Assembly: GCA_965370955.1 (NCBI GenBank)
Contig: CBDUWP010000001.1
Span: 2,122-66,121, forward strand
DNA from: an uncultured bacterium
GTDB taxonomy: Bacteria; Planctomycetota; Phycisphaerae; Sedimentisphaerales; Anaerobacaceae
Reading direction: 5' to 3'
DNA length: 64,000 nt
Made by a program: the position numbers and the translations under genes. The notes beneath the pieces are model-generated. The model saw only the letters and a program-made list of their open reading frames with translations. It was not told the DNA's origin and did no database searches. Positions 47,579 through 56,271 of this stretch are shown in pieces (the first letter of the stretch is position 1; each line of letters starts with the position of its first letter).

Positions 47579-48595
47579 ATGTTAGAATTAACTGATAATG
47601 TCTATAATCGTTATTTAGGCCGGCCGGATAGAAAGCTGAAAATTTGGCGAGATGCCGGCTTGATGTTGACATATAAATGCAACTGCAGCTGCGAATTTTG
47701 TTATTACAATTGTAATATGCAAAAAGACGGACTAATGTCACTTGAAACGGCTATGTCCAGTTGGATGTCACTGGTCGATATTGCAGGGGGCGCAGCGAGG
47801 ATCCATATCACAGGAGGTGAGCCATTTTTATATTGGGACAGGCTCTGCGAGATATTAGATCAAGCGAAAAAACAAAAGCTAAAGCCAGCGTATTTTGTGG
47901 AGACCAATGGCTTTTGGGCTGACGATAAGGCGGGGCAAAAACTTTCGGAACTTAAAAAATTTGATATTGGCCAGCTTCGCATAAGCTGCGATCCGTTTCA
48001 TCAGGAATATGTCGAAATTGAAAAAGTTCGCAAATTGTGCCGGATGGCGGAGGATATTTTAGGGCCGGATCGAGTGCTTGTCAGGTGGCGCGATTATTTG
48101 GAAGATGACAACTTCGGCAAACTCAGTGACATGACAAAATCGCAAAGGTTAAAAGCATATGTAGAATCTGTGCGAAAATTTCCATGTATGTTTAATGGCA
48201 GGGCAGCAAAGGCGATCGCAGATGAAATGGCCGATAAAACGGTTGGCCAGCTAGCTCAACAAAATTGTAAAAAAGCGTTATTGTCGGCCCAAGGGGTGCA
48301 TATCGATCCATTTGGCAACGTTTTTAGCGGTTCCTGCAGCGGGCTTATTGCGGGCAATGTCAACGATAGGCCTCTGGCTGCGATATGGCGAGAGTTTGAT
48401 CCGGCAAATGCGGAGGTTTTCGGCGTTTTGTATAATGCAGGGCCTGTTGGATTTTTGGCAGAGGCTGAAAAGCTCGGCTATCAGCAGAAAGCGAAATATG
48501 CCAGTAAATGCCATTTATGTAATGATCTGAGGTGTTTTTTGTTTGAAAAAGGGCGATTTAAGAACATTTTTGGCCCAAAACAAATCTTGCAATAA
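47579..48595 (+). CDS. Radical SAM protein with Cys-rich SPASM/twitch-like C-terminal region
   Basis: LTYKCNCSCEFCYY gives the CxxxCxxC motif, followed by a GGEPF-type SAM motif (ITGGEPFLYW). The C-terminal half has 6 further Cys, including KCHLCNDLRC. It lies 18 nt downstream of mnmG. Confidence 0.8.
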   Translation: MLELTDNVYNRYLGRPDRKLKIWRDAGLMLTYKCNCSCEFCYYNCNMQKDGLMSLETAMSSWMSLVDIAGGAARIHITGGEPFLYWDRLCEILDQAKKQKLKPAYFVETNGFWADDKAGQKLSELKKFDIGQLRISCDPFHQEYVEIEKVRKLCRMAEDILGPDRVLVRWRDYLEDDNFGKLSDMTKSQRLKAYVESVRKFPCMFNGRAAKAIADEMADKTVGQLAQQNCKKALLSAQGVHIDPFGNVFSGSCSGLIAGNVNDRPLAAIWREFDPANAEVFGVLYNAGPVGFLAEAEKLGYQQKAKYASKCHLCNDLRCFLFEKGRFKNIFGPKQILQ

Positions 48596-48895
48596 GTTAA
48601 AAAGCAAAGTGGGGTATGTTGTGATTTGCGTTTTTTGGCTTATTATCTCATCTTTTCCGTAAAATAATCGTTGTTTATCTGAACATTTTTTGCCCTTAAA
48701 CCCTATAATAAATAGCTTTTCTGTCGTTTCTTGGTGTTTATGACGAGAGCATCTCCAAGGGCTGTGCTAATTCTGGTTTATAGCATTGACCATTATTATA
48801 AATTAGTTTCTATTACGTTATTATTAAGTAGGCACCGGCGCCATTTTTGGTGTGTTTTTAACTTTGAATTTGTTGTTTTATAATTGGTGTAAATT

Positions 48896-50302
48896 ATGGC
48901 TTATTTTCTCGAGCAGTTTAGTAAACTTGATCTTAAAACTTGGCCATTTGCTCTGTTTTTTGTGGCGTTTTTTGCGATTTATTTGATCTCTAGGCGTACA
49001 AAATTATGGCCGCATTGGATACTTATTGGTTCCTATGTTTTTTACGGTTTGTGGAACTGGTGGTATTTGGCGCTGATCGCATATGCTACTTCGGTCGACT
49101 ATGTCGTTGTTCGGCGAATGGACAAAAAAGGCAAAAGCAAAGTTTGGCTGGCAATAGGGATTTTGAACAATATCGCGATTTTGGGCTTTTTCAAATATTG
49201 CAGGTTTTTCCTGACTAATCTAAATGCTGTCTTAGACAAAATGGGTACAGCTTTTCAAGTGACAATACCGGAAAAGGCTTTGGCTATCGGCGCAGTCGGT
49301 ATGAGTTTTTATATCTTTAAGTCCATTGGCTATCTGGTTGATTATTATCGCGGCGATATCGATCGGGAACCAAACTATGTGCGTTATGCAGCTTTTGTGT
49401 CGTTTTTTCCGCTGTTGATCAATGGGCCTATCGAAAGAGGCAAAAATTTATTGCCGCAGCTTAATAAAAAGCCGGCTCTAACCGTGACGAAATTTACTGA
49501 TGGCTTATCGATTTTTTTGGTGGGGATGTTCAAAAATGTGGCTCTGGCTGCGCCGCTGAAAATCTATGCTGATAAAATTTATGATTTGCCGGATTTTTTC
49601 AGTGCGGCTCATTTGATAATGGGTACCTTTGCGTTCGGCTGGTGGCTGTATTTTAGCTTTAGCGGTTATTCCGATATGGCGCGAGGCGTTAGTAAGATGC
49701 TGGGCTTTGAGATAATGATAAACTTTAATAATCCGTATCTGGCAACAGGTGTGAGCGATTTCTGGCGAAGATGGCATATCAGTCTCTCGACATGGTTTAG
49801 AGATTATCTATATATACCGCTGGGCGGCAGTCGCGTGGGCAAATTGCATATCTATTTTAATCTGTTTGCTGTGATGCTTGTTTCCGGCTTGTGGCATGGG
49901 GCGGCTTGGACCTTTATTATCTGGGGGGCGATTCATGGGCTAGCTATGAGCCTGCTTCGCGGACTCGAACGAAGAAGCTTCTATAAGGAAAAATATCCCA
50001 AAATACTCAAACAATTAACGACGTTTATTATTGTTATGTTTGCTTGGATATTTTTCAGAGCAGAATCTCTAGAGGTTGCTAAAACTATTGTCACTAGAGT
50101 TTTTACTGCCGGCTTTGAAAATCCGGAATTTCCAATCTGGATATTGTTTTTGATAATGGCTGTATGGGTTTACGAATTTGCCTATGAGTCGAAGCTCAGG
50201 GGATTTTTGCGAAATCCGTTTGTCAAAATATCCATAGCTAGTTTTATGATTCTCTATCTATGTCTATGTGCTTCAATACCAAAAGTGTTCGTCTACAATT
50301 AG
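48896..50302 (+). CDS. MBOAT-family membrane-bound O-acyltransferase (AlgI/DltB/PatA-like)
   Basis: 468 aa and polytopic. The signature is DFWRRWHISLSTWFRDYLYIPLGGSR, and the conserved catalytic His region is VSGLWHGAAWTFIIWG. Confidence 0.9.
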   Translation: MAYFLEQFSKLDLKTWPFALFFVAFFAIYLISRRTKLWPHWILIGSYVFYGLWNWWYLALIAYATSVDYVVVRRMDKKGKSKVWLAIGILNNIAILGFFKYCRFFLTNLNAVLDKMGTAFQVTIPEKALAIGAVGMSFYIFKSIGYLVDYYRGDIDREPNYVRYAAFVSFFPLLINGPIERGKNLLPQLNKKPALTVTKFTDGLSIFLVGMFKNVALAAPLKIYADKIYDLPDFFSAAHLIMGTFAFGWWLYFSFSGYSDMARGVSKMLGFEIMINFNNPYLATGVSDFWRRWHISLSTWFRDYLYIPLGGSRVGKLHIYFNLFAVMLVSGLWHGAAWTFIIWGAIHGLAMSLLRGLERRSFYKEKYPKILKQLTTFIIVMFAWIFFRAESLEVAKTIVTRVFTAGFENPEFPIWILFLIMAVWVYEFAYESKLRGFLRNPFVKISIASFMILYLCLCASIPKVFVYN

Positions 50303-50321
50303 TTGTGAGGTTGCCTGTAAA

Positions 50322-51449
50322 ATGTTAAAACAAAAAAATAAAGCGAGCAAAGACTCTGATTGTTTTGCATCTAACGAAGTCAGATTGTCACTCGGTCAGT
50401 GGGTGATAACAATAATTGTGGTGCTGATTTTCTTTGCTGTAATTCCAGCTATATGGTCTGGTATCGATGGCTTCGGTCCGACCGAAGAAAATGATTTCAG
50501 GAATCCATACGATTGGGGCTATGACTATTGGATGTATGGCAGATCGCTGGCTGATACCTATGCTGTTGGCAAAATACCGATTATTGGCGACTCTGTAATA
50601 TGGGGAGCATACGCTGATAAGGATCAGACTCTGCCGGCTAATTTAAATAGGTTGGCGAAAAAAAATCTCTTTGCAAACTGTGCCATCGACGGCCTCCATC
50701 CTGTGGTGATGAATGGATTGTTGGAAAATTACGGCAAAGTCATCAAAAATAAGCCAGTTATCATAAATTTGAATCTGCTTTGGATGACTTCAAAAAAACA
50801 GGATCTAAGCGTAAATGAACCGATAAGTTTTAATCATCAAAATCTAGCTCCTCAATTTACTTTGGCTTGCAATAAGCCAGAGATCGCAGTGGCGGCGGGA
50901 GTTGTTGCCGATAGAGCATCGAAATTTTTCCTGTTCAGCAATCACCTTAAGCTTATCTGTATTGATAATATGAAGCTCGATGATTGGCTTTGTGATAATC
51001 CATACGTTAATCCTTTTGCGAAAATTAAAGAAAAAACCGCCGAGCAAGTGAATAAGCAGAAAGAACATAAGCCGCAAAGCTGGGTCGAAAAAGGTATTCA
51101 AACGCAGGACTTCAAATGGGTTATGCCGAAAGATTCGTATCAGTGGGCTAGTTTCAAACAAGTATTAAAACTTTTGGAAGCTAGAGGTAATGACGTTTTT
51201 GTGATTTTTGGCACGTTTAATCACCATATGCTGACAGAACAAAGTGCGGCTAAATATCGTATTATAAGAGGCGAAATTGTAACGTGGCTAAGCGAAAACA
51301 ATGTGAAGTTTTATTCTGCTGGAGATTTGCCAAGTGAATTGTTTGCTGATGGAAGCCATCCGCTGGCAAATGGTTACACCATCATCGCAGAAAAATTGTA
51401 TAACGATGAAGCTTTTCAGAGTTGGCTAGAAAATTTGGATAGAAAGTAA
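50322..51449 (+). CDS. N-terminally membrane-anchored SGNH/GDSL-like protein, predicted extracytoplasmic acyltransferase partner of the MBOAT
   Basis: One N-terminal TM segment (WVITIIVVLIFFAVIPAIW). Block I is IIGDSVIWG, block III-like is IFGTFNHH and block V is ADGSHPLANGY (DxxH). It starts 19 nt after the MBOAT stop. The track start at 50268 overlaps the MBOAT gene and is unlikely. Confidence 0.55.
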   Translation: MLKQKNKASKDSDCFASNEVRLSLGQWVITIIVVLIFFAVIPAIWSGIDGFGPTEENDFRNPYDWGYDYWMYGRSLADTYAVGKIPIIGDSVIWGAYADKDQTLPANLNRLAKKNLFANCAIDGLHPVVMNGLLENYGKVIKNKPVIINLNLLWMTSKKQDLSVNEPISFNHQNLAPQFTLACNKPEIAVAAGVVADRASKFFLFSNHLKLICIDNMKLDDWLCDNPYVNPFAKIKEKTAEQVNKQKEHKPQSWVEKGIQTQDFKWVMPKDSYQWASFKQVLKLLEARGNDVFVIFGTFNHHMLTEQSAAKYRIIRGEIVTWLSENNVKFYSAGDLPSELFADGSHPLANGYTIIAEKLYNDEAFQSWLENLDRK

Positions 51450-51452
51450 ATT

Positions 51453-54425
51453 ATGAATAATAAAAGTATTTGTCTGTCGCTGCTACTCGGTTTGATGTTG
51501 GGGGCTTGTTCAGTTTTTGCCGCCAGCTTAAAAACTTATGAGGCTGCTGTTTTAGCACAGGCGCCACTAATCGATGGCGAGATTGATTCCGATCCAGCGT
51601 GGAAAGATGCTAAATATGTTTCGCAAATGTCACTTTGGTCAGATAACGCTATTGGCGAAAAACCCAAAGCCGACAGGCAAACTTTTTTCAAGCTGGGCTA
51701 TACTGGTAAAGCTTTGTTCATTGCAATTAAATGTAATGAGCCAAACGTCGCTGATCTAGTTGTTTCTGGATCTGGTGGAAAATTGTGGCTTGAAGATAGC
51801 GTTGAAGTTTTTCTTAAAACGGAAATGGGCGATGACTATTTTCATTTTATCGCTAATGCCCAAGCCAACAAAATCGCAGCGATGGGTAAGGCAATTCCAA
51901 AAGATCAAGGTTGGAACTGGAAAGCGGTAGCGAAAAAGAATAAAGATTGTTTCTCTGTGGAACTGGAAATTCCATGGCCGCTGTTGATGGATATTCCAGC
52001 CGAAGGCAGCCAGTGGGGCTTGAATATATGTAGAAATGTTCGCAGCGGAGGTGCAAATCTTAGCCAAACTTGGGCAAATGTCGAAAACACATTTCATGAT
52101 CCAAACAATTTTGGCCAGCTGCTTCTAACTGAGGACATCTCAATGGAAGACATGATGGCTAATCAGGAAACCATGGAGCAAGTAGATGATTCGCTCTTTG
52201 TCTATTCAAAACCGACAGCTGGAATATATATCGGGCGCGGCAAAGACGTTAGCAGAATAGCTTATTACAATGGCGGACATGTTAATCCGCAAATTTCCTA
52301 TGACGAACAAAAGGTGCTGTTTCATTCGTTAAAAAATGGCAAAAGTTGGGTTTCTGTTTGTGATGTCGATGGCAAAAATCCAAAGCAGATTCATCAGGCG
52401 GCCCAAAGCAGATGGTCATTTGACGGCAGTAAAATTGTTTCAAATATTGATGGCAAGATCGTTGAAATAATCCTCAGCGATAATAGCCAAAAAACTATCG
52501 ATACCAATGGTTTGACAAATTGCAAATTGCCCGGCTATATGCCTGATGGCAAGGTATTTTTTGTCGCAACTGATAGCAAAAATACGGAAGGCTTATATGT
52601 CGAAGGTGACAGTGAGCCTTTGATTACAGGCGATATTTATTCGCCGGCGAGTGCTAGTTATGATCAGGCTAAAATCGCAGTCAGTATCGGCGGCCATATT
52701 TACTTGGTTGATGTGGCAACTAAAAAGGCTGGCTTATTGACGTTAGCAGGTGGTGTGCAAACTTGGCCAACATGGGCCAAAGACAATCAGTCACTCTGTT
52801 ATGCTCAAAGTGCAACATTGCTCGATGGCCCAAGGGATATATATAATGTTGAAATTGAAAATCCAACACAAGTATCGCTAGTAACGAGAGAAGTGGATAC
52901 AGGGTTTGATTTTCATGGTGTAAAATTTGCTCAATGGTCACAGAAAGCTGTCAAAGGTGCTAATTTTGATGTGCAAAAATCTTCTGCAACTGCCAAAATT
53001 ACAACAGATTGGTTTGTATTGAATATCGATTCTGAAATCAAGCTGACCTCTGGCAAGGAGACAATGACAATAGTCTTAAAGCCAAAAGATGGTTCGGCGG
53101 CAGGTAATGTCAAATCAGTTAAGGTGACAGAAAAGAATAAATATAATGCTCAGATTGAAGTGACTTTTGATGATCCGAAAAAATATGCGACTGTTTTCTT
53201 ATCAGCAGGTTCGCCGGTTGTCACTATCAAAGCGAGTAAAGCGATAGCGAAAATTGCAATTGAGGGCAAGCTGTCCGCAGTTATAGTTCCCGATAGGTTA
53301 GCTAGTGACATGATTATCACAGCTGATAGCAATAAGCCCAAAAACATGCCGCTTGGTAAGGTTGCTTTCGTTGCAGCTGGAACCAAAGAGACTGGCCAGA
53401 TGGTTGTGGTCGCAGGCGATAATGCAAAAGTTCAAGATGTGGCTGTCAGGCAAGGTGCGGCAACTCTTGAGGCGATCGAGATTTGTGCTTGCGATAAGGT
53501 TCATCTGACAATATTGCCGACCGAAAAAGCTTTCGTTGTTAAAAAGCCAGAAGGTGACAAGGTACTTTGGTCGAAGCCGTTTCATGCTAATTGGCGGCTC
53601 GTTGCTTCTGGCGATGGCTATCAGGCATATTCGGAATTGTGGAACGAAGATGCTGTTGGCCAGCTTAAAAAGCCGGAGCTGTCTATCAAAGATTTTAACG
53701 GTAAAGCGAAGCTAGCGGTTGTTTATGCCTATGAAAGAGATTGGCATAGCCCGCTCGATTTTTATAGCGTCGGGGATGTGCTGCGTGATTGTTTGGGTGT
53801 CGACAAGGCTTATAAAAGGCTGAGTGTTAAAGAGGCTAGGAACTATAGAACATGCAGGAGACGGACGATGCAGCCGGAAATTGAACCTCTGCTCGATTTT
53901 ATGTTGAAGGTCAGAACACCGGGCTATAAACGGGTTAGGCCGATGCTGAATAATTTTGCTAGCGATGTTATAGCCCTTATAGGTGGTATGGAGAAAAGGA
54001 TTGGCCAGTGCCGGCGATTTGAAAAGGCGATTAAACATTTGGCTGCGAAGATCAATAAAAGCCAAATTGATTCGATTGTCGAAAAGCATATGAAAAAAAT
54101 CAGCGAAATCGCAACCGAAAATTGGGCAAAAGATATCGTAGAATTAAGGGCTGGACTTAAAACTATCGGCGAAAAAAGAAAAGCAAGAGAGTTTATTGAA
54201 AAGGCAAAAAACATTGCCGACAAGAGAAAAGAAATTATCACCCAATATCGTCAGTTAGCGAAAGACCTGAGGCAAGCGGCTGTTGTCTCTTTAGCTGACG
54301 GCTCAATGGATGCTAATGATGTTGCTAAAATTAAGGCGATTACAGATAAAATTCTTTCCTATAGATATTATATGGAAGGCGATTGGCGGGGCGAGTTGCC
54401 GCTGAAAAATAAAAAGGAGATGTGA
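51453..54425 (+). CDS. Large exported multidomain protein: CBM9-like carbohydrate-binding module + PD40/TolB-like beta-propeller + uncharacterised beta-rich domain + helical tail
   Basis: Signal or lipoprotein leader (LMLGAC). The CBM9-like pattern is PLIDGEIDSDPAWKDA...KALFIAIKC...EDSVEVFL...YFHFIANA...FSVELEIPW...WGLNICRN. PD40-like repeats include ISYDEQKVLFHS, PDGKVFFVA, YDQAKIAVS and WAKDNQSLCYA. It starts 3 nt after the previous stop. Confidence 0.5.
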   Translation: MNNKSICLSLLLGLMLGACSVFAASLKTYEAAVLAQAPLIDGEIDSDPAWKDAKYVSQMSLWSDNAIGEKPKADRQTFFKLGYTGKALFIAIKCNEPNVADLVVSGSGGKLWLEDSVEVFLKTEMGDDYFHFIANAQANKIAAMGKAIPKDQGWNWKAVAKKNKDCFSVELEIPWPLLMDIPAEGSQWGLNICRNVRSGGANLSQTWANVENTFHDPNNFGQLLLTEDISMEDMMANQETMEQVDDSLFVYSKPTAGIYIGRGKDVSRIAYYNGGHVNPQISYDEQKVLFHSLKNGKSWVSVCDVDGKNPKQIHQAAQSRWSFDGSKIVSNIDGKIVEIILSDNSQKTIDTNGLTNCKLPGYMPDGKVFFVATDSKNTEGLYVEGDSEPLITGDIYSPASASYDQAKIAVSIGGHIYLVDVATKKAGLLTLAGGVQTWPTWAKDNQSLCYAQSATLLDGPRDIYNVEIENPTQVSLVTREVDTGFDFHGVKFAQWSQKAVKGANFDVQKSSATAKITTDWFVLNIDSEIKLTSGKETMTIVLKPKDGSAAGNVKSVKVTEKNKYNAQIEVTFDDPKKYATVFLSAGSPVVTIKASKAIAKIAIEGKLSAVIVPDRLASDMIITADSNKPKNMPLGKVAFVAAGTKETGQMVVVAGDNAKVQDVAVRQGAATLEAIEICACDKVHLTILPTEKAFVVKKPEGDKVLWSKPFHANWRLVASGDGYQAYSELWNEDAVGQLKKPELSIKDFNGKAKLAVVYAYERDWHSPLDFYSVGDVLRDCLGVDKAYKRLSVKEARNYRTCRRRTMQPEIEPLLDFMLKVRTPGYKRVRPMLNNFASDVIALIGGMEKRIGQCRRFEKAIKHLAAKINKSQIDSIVEKHMKKISEIATENWAKDIVELRAGLKTIGEKRKAREFIEKAKNIADKRKEIITQYRQLAKDLRQAAVVSLADGSMDANDVAKIKAITDKILSYRYYMEGDWRGELPLKNKKEM

Positions 54426-54430
54426 TTGAT

Positions 54431-56146
54431 ATGTGTCGTAATCTAAAGATTAGCATTATGGTTGTTTTATGTTTTTGCGGCAGAGCTGTTGCAGTTGAAG
54501 CACGTGATAGCAAAACTATGTTTGAAGAAAAAGCTGATATCTCACAAATGGCTGGTTGGGAATTGGTTGTTGATGAGACGATCGATGAGACGGACGTGAT
54601 TGCAGAAGGCGGTGACACGATTATCGCAACGGTAAAAGCTCATGGCAGTATAGCTGTTTTTGCAAAAGCTGATAAAACACAAGTTGTTTCTGAACTGATG
54701 TTTTTGGATAATGAATCTGTTAGAATTCAGGCGATCAAAAGCTGTCAAGTTCAGAATCTTGCCGATAAGGTGACACTTCATCTGGAGATGACTAATAGTC
54801 AAGGCGCCCCGGCTAAAATGATTATTTCGATAGATAACAATGGGATTATTGAAATGACTCCAGTTTTGAATATTGCGGCTGTTTTTTGCAAGGCTGATAT
54901 GGATTATGCTATTGTGCCTGATTTTGCCGGCGATCTTGTTTATGATGCCAGAGATTATATCAAGAACAAAAACCCTCTCTTTTTCCCGTCTGAAAATATT
55001 ATTTGTGGCCTTCTAAAGGGAAATAAGAATGTTATAGTTATGACTTGGCCAGATGGCAATCAGCAGCCGTCGATTCGTTCGTCAAAACAGGGCTTTGAGT
55101 TTTTCTCATTGATGTTTGATAAGAAAAAAATCTATATTGGATTAATTCATGCAGATGGCGTTTGGCATAGGCAAAAAGTTGATAAGACATGGATCGAAAA
55201 AACGAAAGACCTAGAGTGGAAGCAGCCATTTAAGGCTCAATGGGTTGCGCAACTGTATTATAAAAATTGGACAACTCATAGGCAAAGTTTTTATTTCAAG
55301 GATAAAAAACGCACCGAGTATGCCTATACAGTTGGCGATTATGTGTGGCCTGTCTGGTTCGAAAAAGGCAAACCTGTAATGAATCTTAGCAAGCTTGTTT
55401 TGATTCCAAAGAGCAGCGATGTTCTTATCTATTGCCGTAAGGATGCGGAAGGTGACAATAAATCGCTGGCTAAAATCATGGAGCTTACCTTGGGCAAAGA
55501 ATTTGCTGATGCTAAATTTGAAAAAGAAAAAGGTTGGCATCCGCCGAATATTGATAATAAAATTTTCTCCGGCTATTGCACCGCCGCCGATGATTGGACT
55601 CCTATGTTCAAATGGGGGGCTGAGGTTCGAGAAAAAGCAATGAGCTATCAACTGATCGAGGATTTTCATTTCCATTTTGAGAGCAGTAAGAAATGGATGG
55701 ATAGTTATAATGATAATGCTAATGAAATTTTGAAGATGGTCGAAGCCCAGCAGAAAAAAAATCCCAGATTAGCGGAATTTATCGAAAAGAGTAAGGTTAT
55801 TGTGAACAACAAAAAAATTGCAGATAGATGCCAAAAGGATACGACTGCTGCTTATGTCGCCGCTGCTGAAAAGGTGCTGCAGGAAACGAAAGATTTGTCG
55901 AAAAATTATAGTTCGGCAAATTATCCGAGATTTTTGGAATTAGCCAGTGCCATGAGAAAACGTGTTGGTGATGACCATACGTCATCGCAAAAAACGACGT
56001 TTGATCTGTATGAAACTATGCAGAAGCTTGGCTTAGAATGTGTGGATAAGCCAGACTATGCTGAGTTCGCTGCTAAAATGAGAAAAGTTATTACAGAAAA
56101 AATGACGAGCAATCTGCTTTGGAAGGCTAAATGTCAATGTCGATAG
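54431..56146 (+). CDS. Exported hypothetical protein, paralog of the C-terminal half of the preceding gene
   Basis: Signal peptide (IMVVLCFCGRAVAVEA). It shares collinear motifs with 51453-54425: LEMT/IEVT, YAIVPD/AVIVPD and EWKQPFKAQW/LWSKPFHANW. AAGGAG lies upstream of ATG 54431; the GTG at 54422 overlaps the upstream stop. Confidence 0.5.
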   Translation: MCRNLKISIMVVLCFCGRAVAVEARDSKTMFEEKADISQMAGWELVVDETIDETDVIAEGGDTIIATVKAHGSIAVFAKADKTQVVSELMFLDNESVRIQAIKSCQVQNLADKVTLHLEMTNSQGAPAKMIISIDNNGIIEMTPVLNIAAVFCKADMDYAIVPDFAGDLVYDARDYIKNKNPLFFPSENIICGLLKGNKNVIVMTWPDGNQQPSIRSSKQGFEFFSLMFDKKKIYIGLIHADGVWHRQKVDKTWIEKTKDLEWKQPFKAQWVAQLYYKNWTTHRQSFYFKDKKRTEYAYTVGDYVWPVWFEKGKPVMNLSKLVLIPKSSDVLIYCRKDAEGDNKSLAKIMELTLGKEFADAKFEKEKGWHPPNIDNKIFSGYCTAADDWTPMFKWGAEVREKAMSYQLIEDFHFHFESSKKWMDSYNDNANEILKMVEAQQKKNPRLAEFIEKSKVIVNNKKIADRCQKDTTAAYVAAAEKVLQETKDLSKNYSSANYPRFLELASAMRKRVGDDHTSSQKTTFDLYETMQKLGLECVDKPDYAEFAAKMRKVITEKMTSNLLWKAKCQCR

Positions 56147-56271
56147 GTAAATCGTGGGGCTATTTGACAGATAAAATAGTGAACAGAGACTTTTTTGGTA
56201 CGTAGATTAGATTGAAGAAAAGATTTTCATTTGATATTAGAATGAGCTAAAATTGGTCCAAAGGAGAAATT

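Noticed and set aside
48740-48883. A 47-codon ORF ending 12 nt before the MBOAT start, in the position occupied by the small DltX protein in dlt operons.
   Set aside because: It has no convincing RBS, its AT-rich composition looks like the surrounding spacer, the sequence (MTRASPRAVLILVYSIDHYYKLVSITLLLSRHRRHFWCVFNFEFVVL) lacks a clean TM helix, and it lacks the DltX C-terminal motif as I remember it. It could be revisited with ribosome profiling or conservation data.
48596-48895. Promoter-like hexamers (TTGACC at 48787, TATAAT at 48879) upstream of the MBOAT operon.
   Set aside because: The spacings do not give a proper -35/-10 pair: 19 nt to a poor -10, and no -35 for the TATAAT. I therefore did not call a feature.
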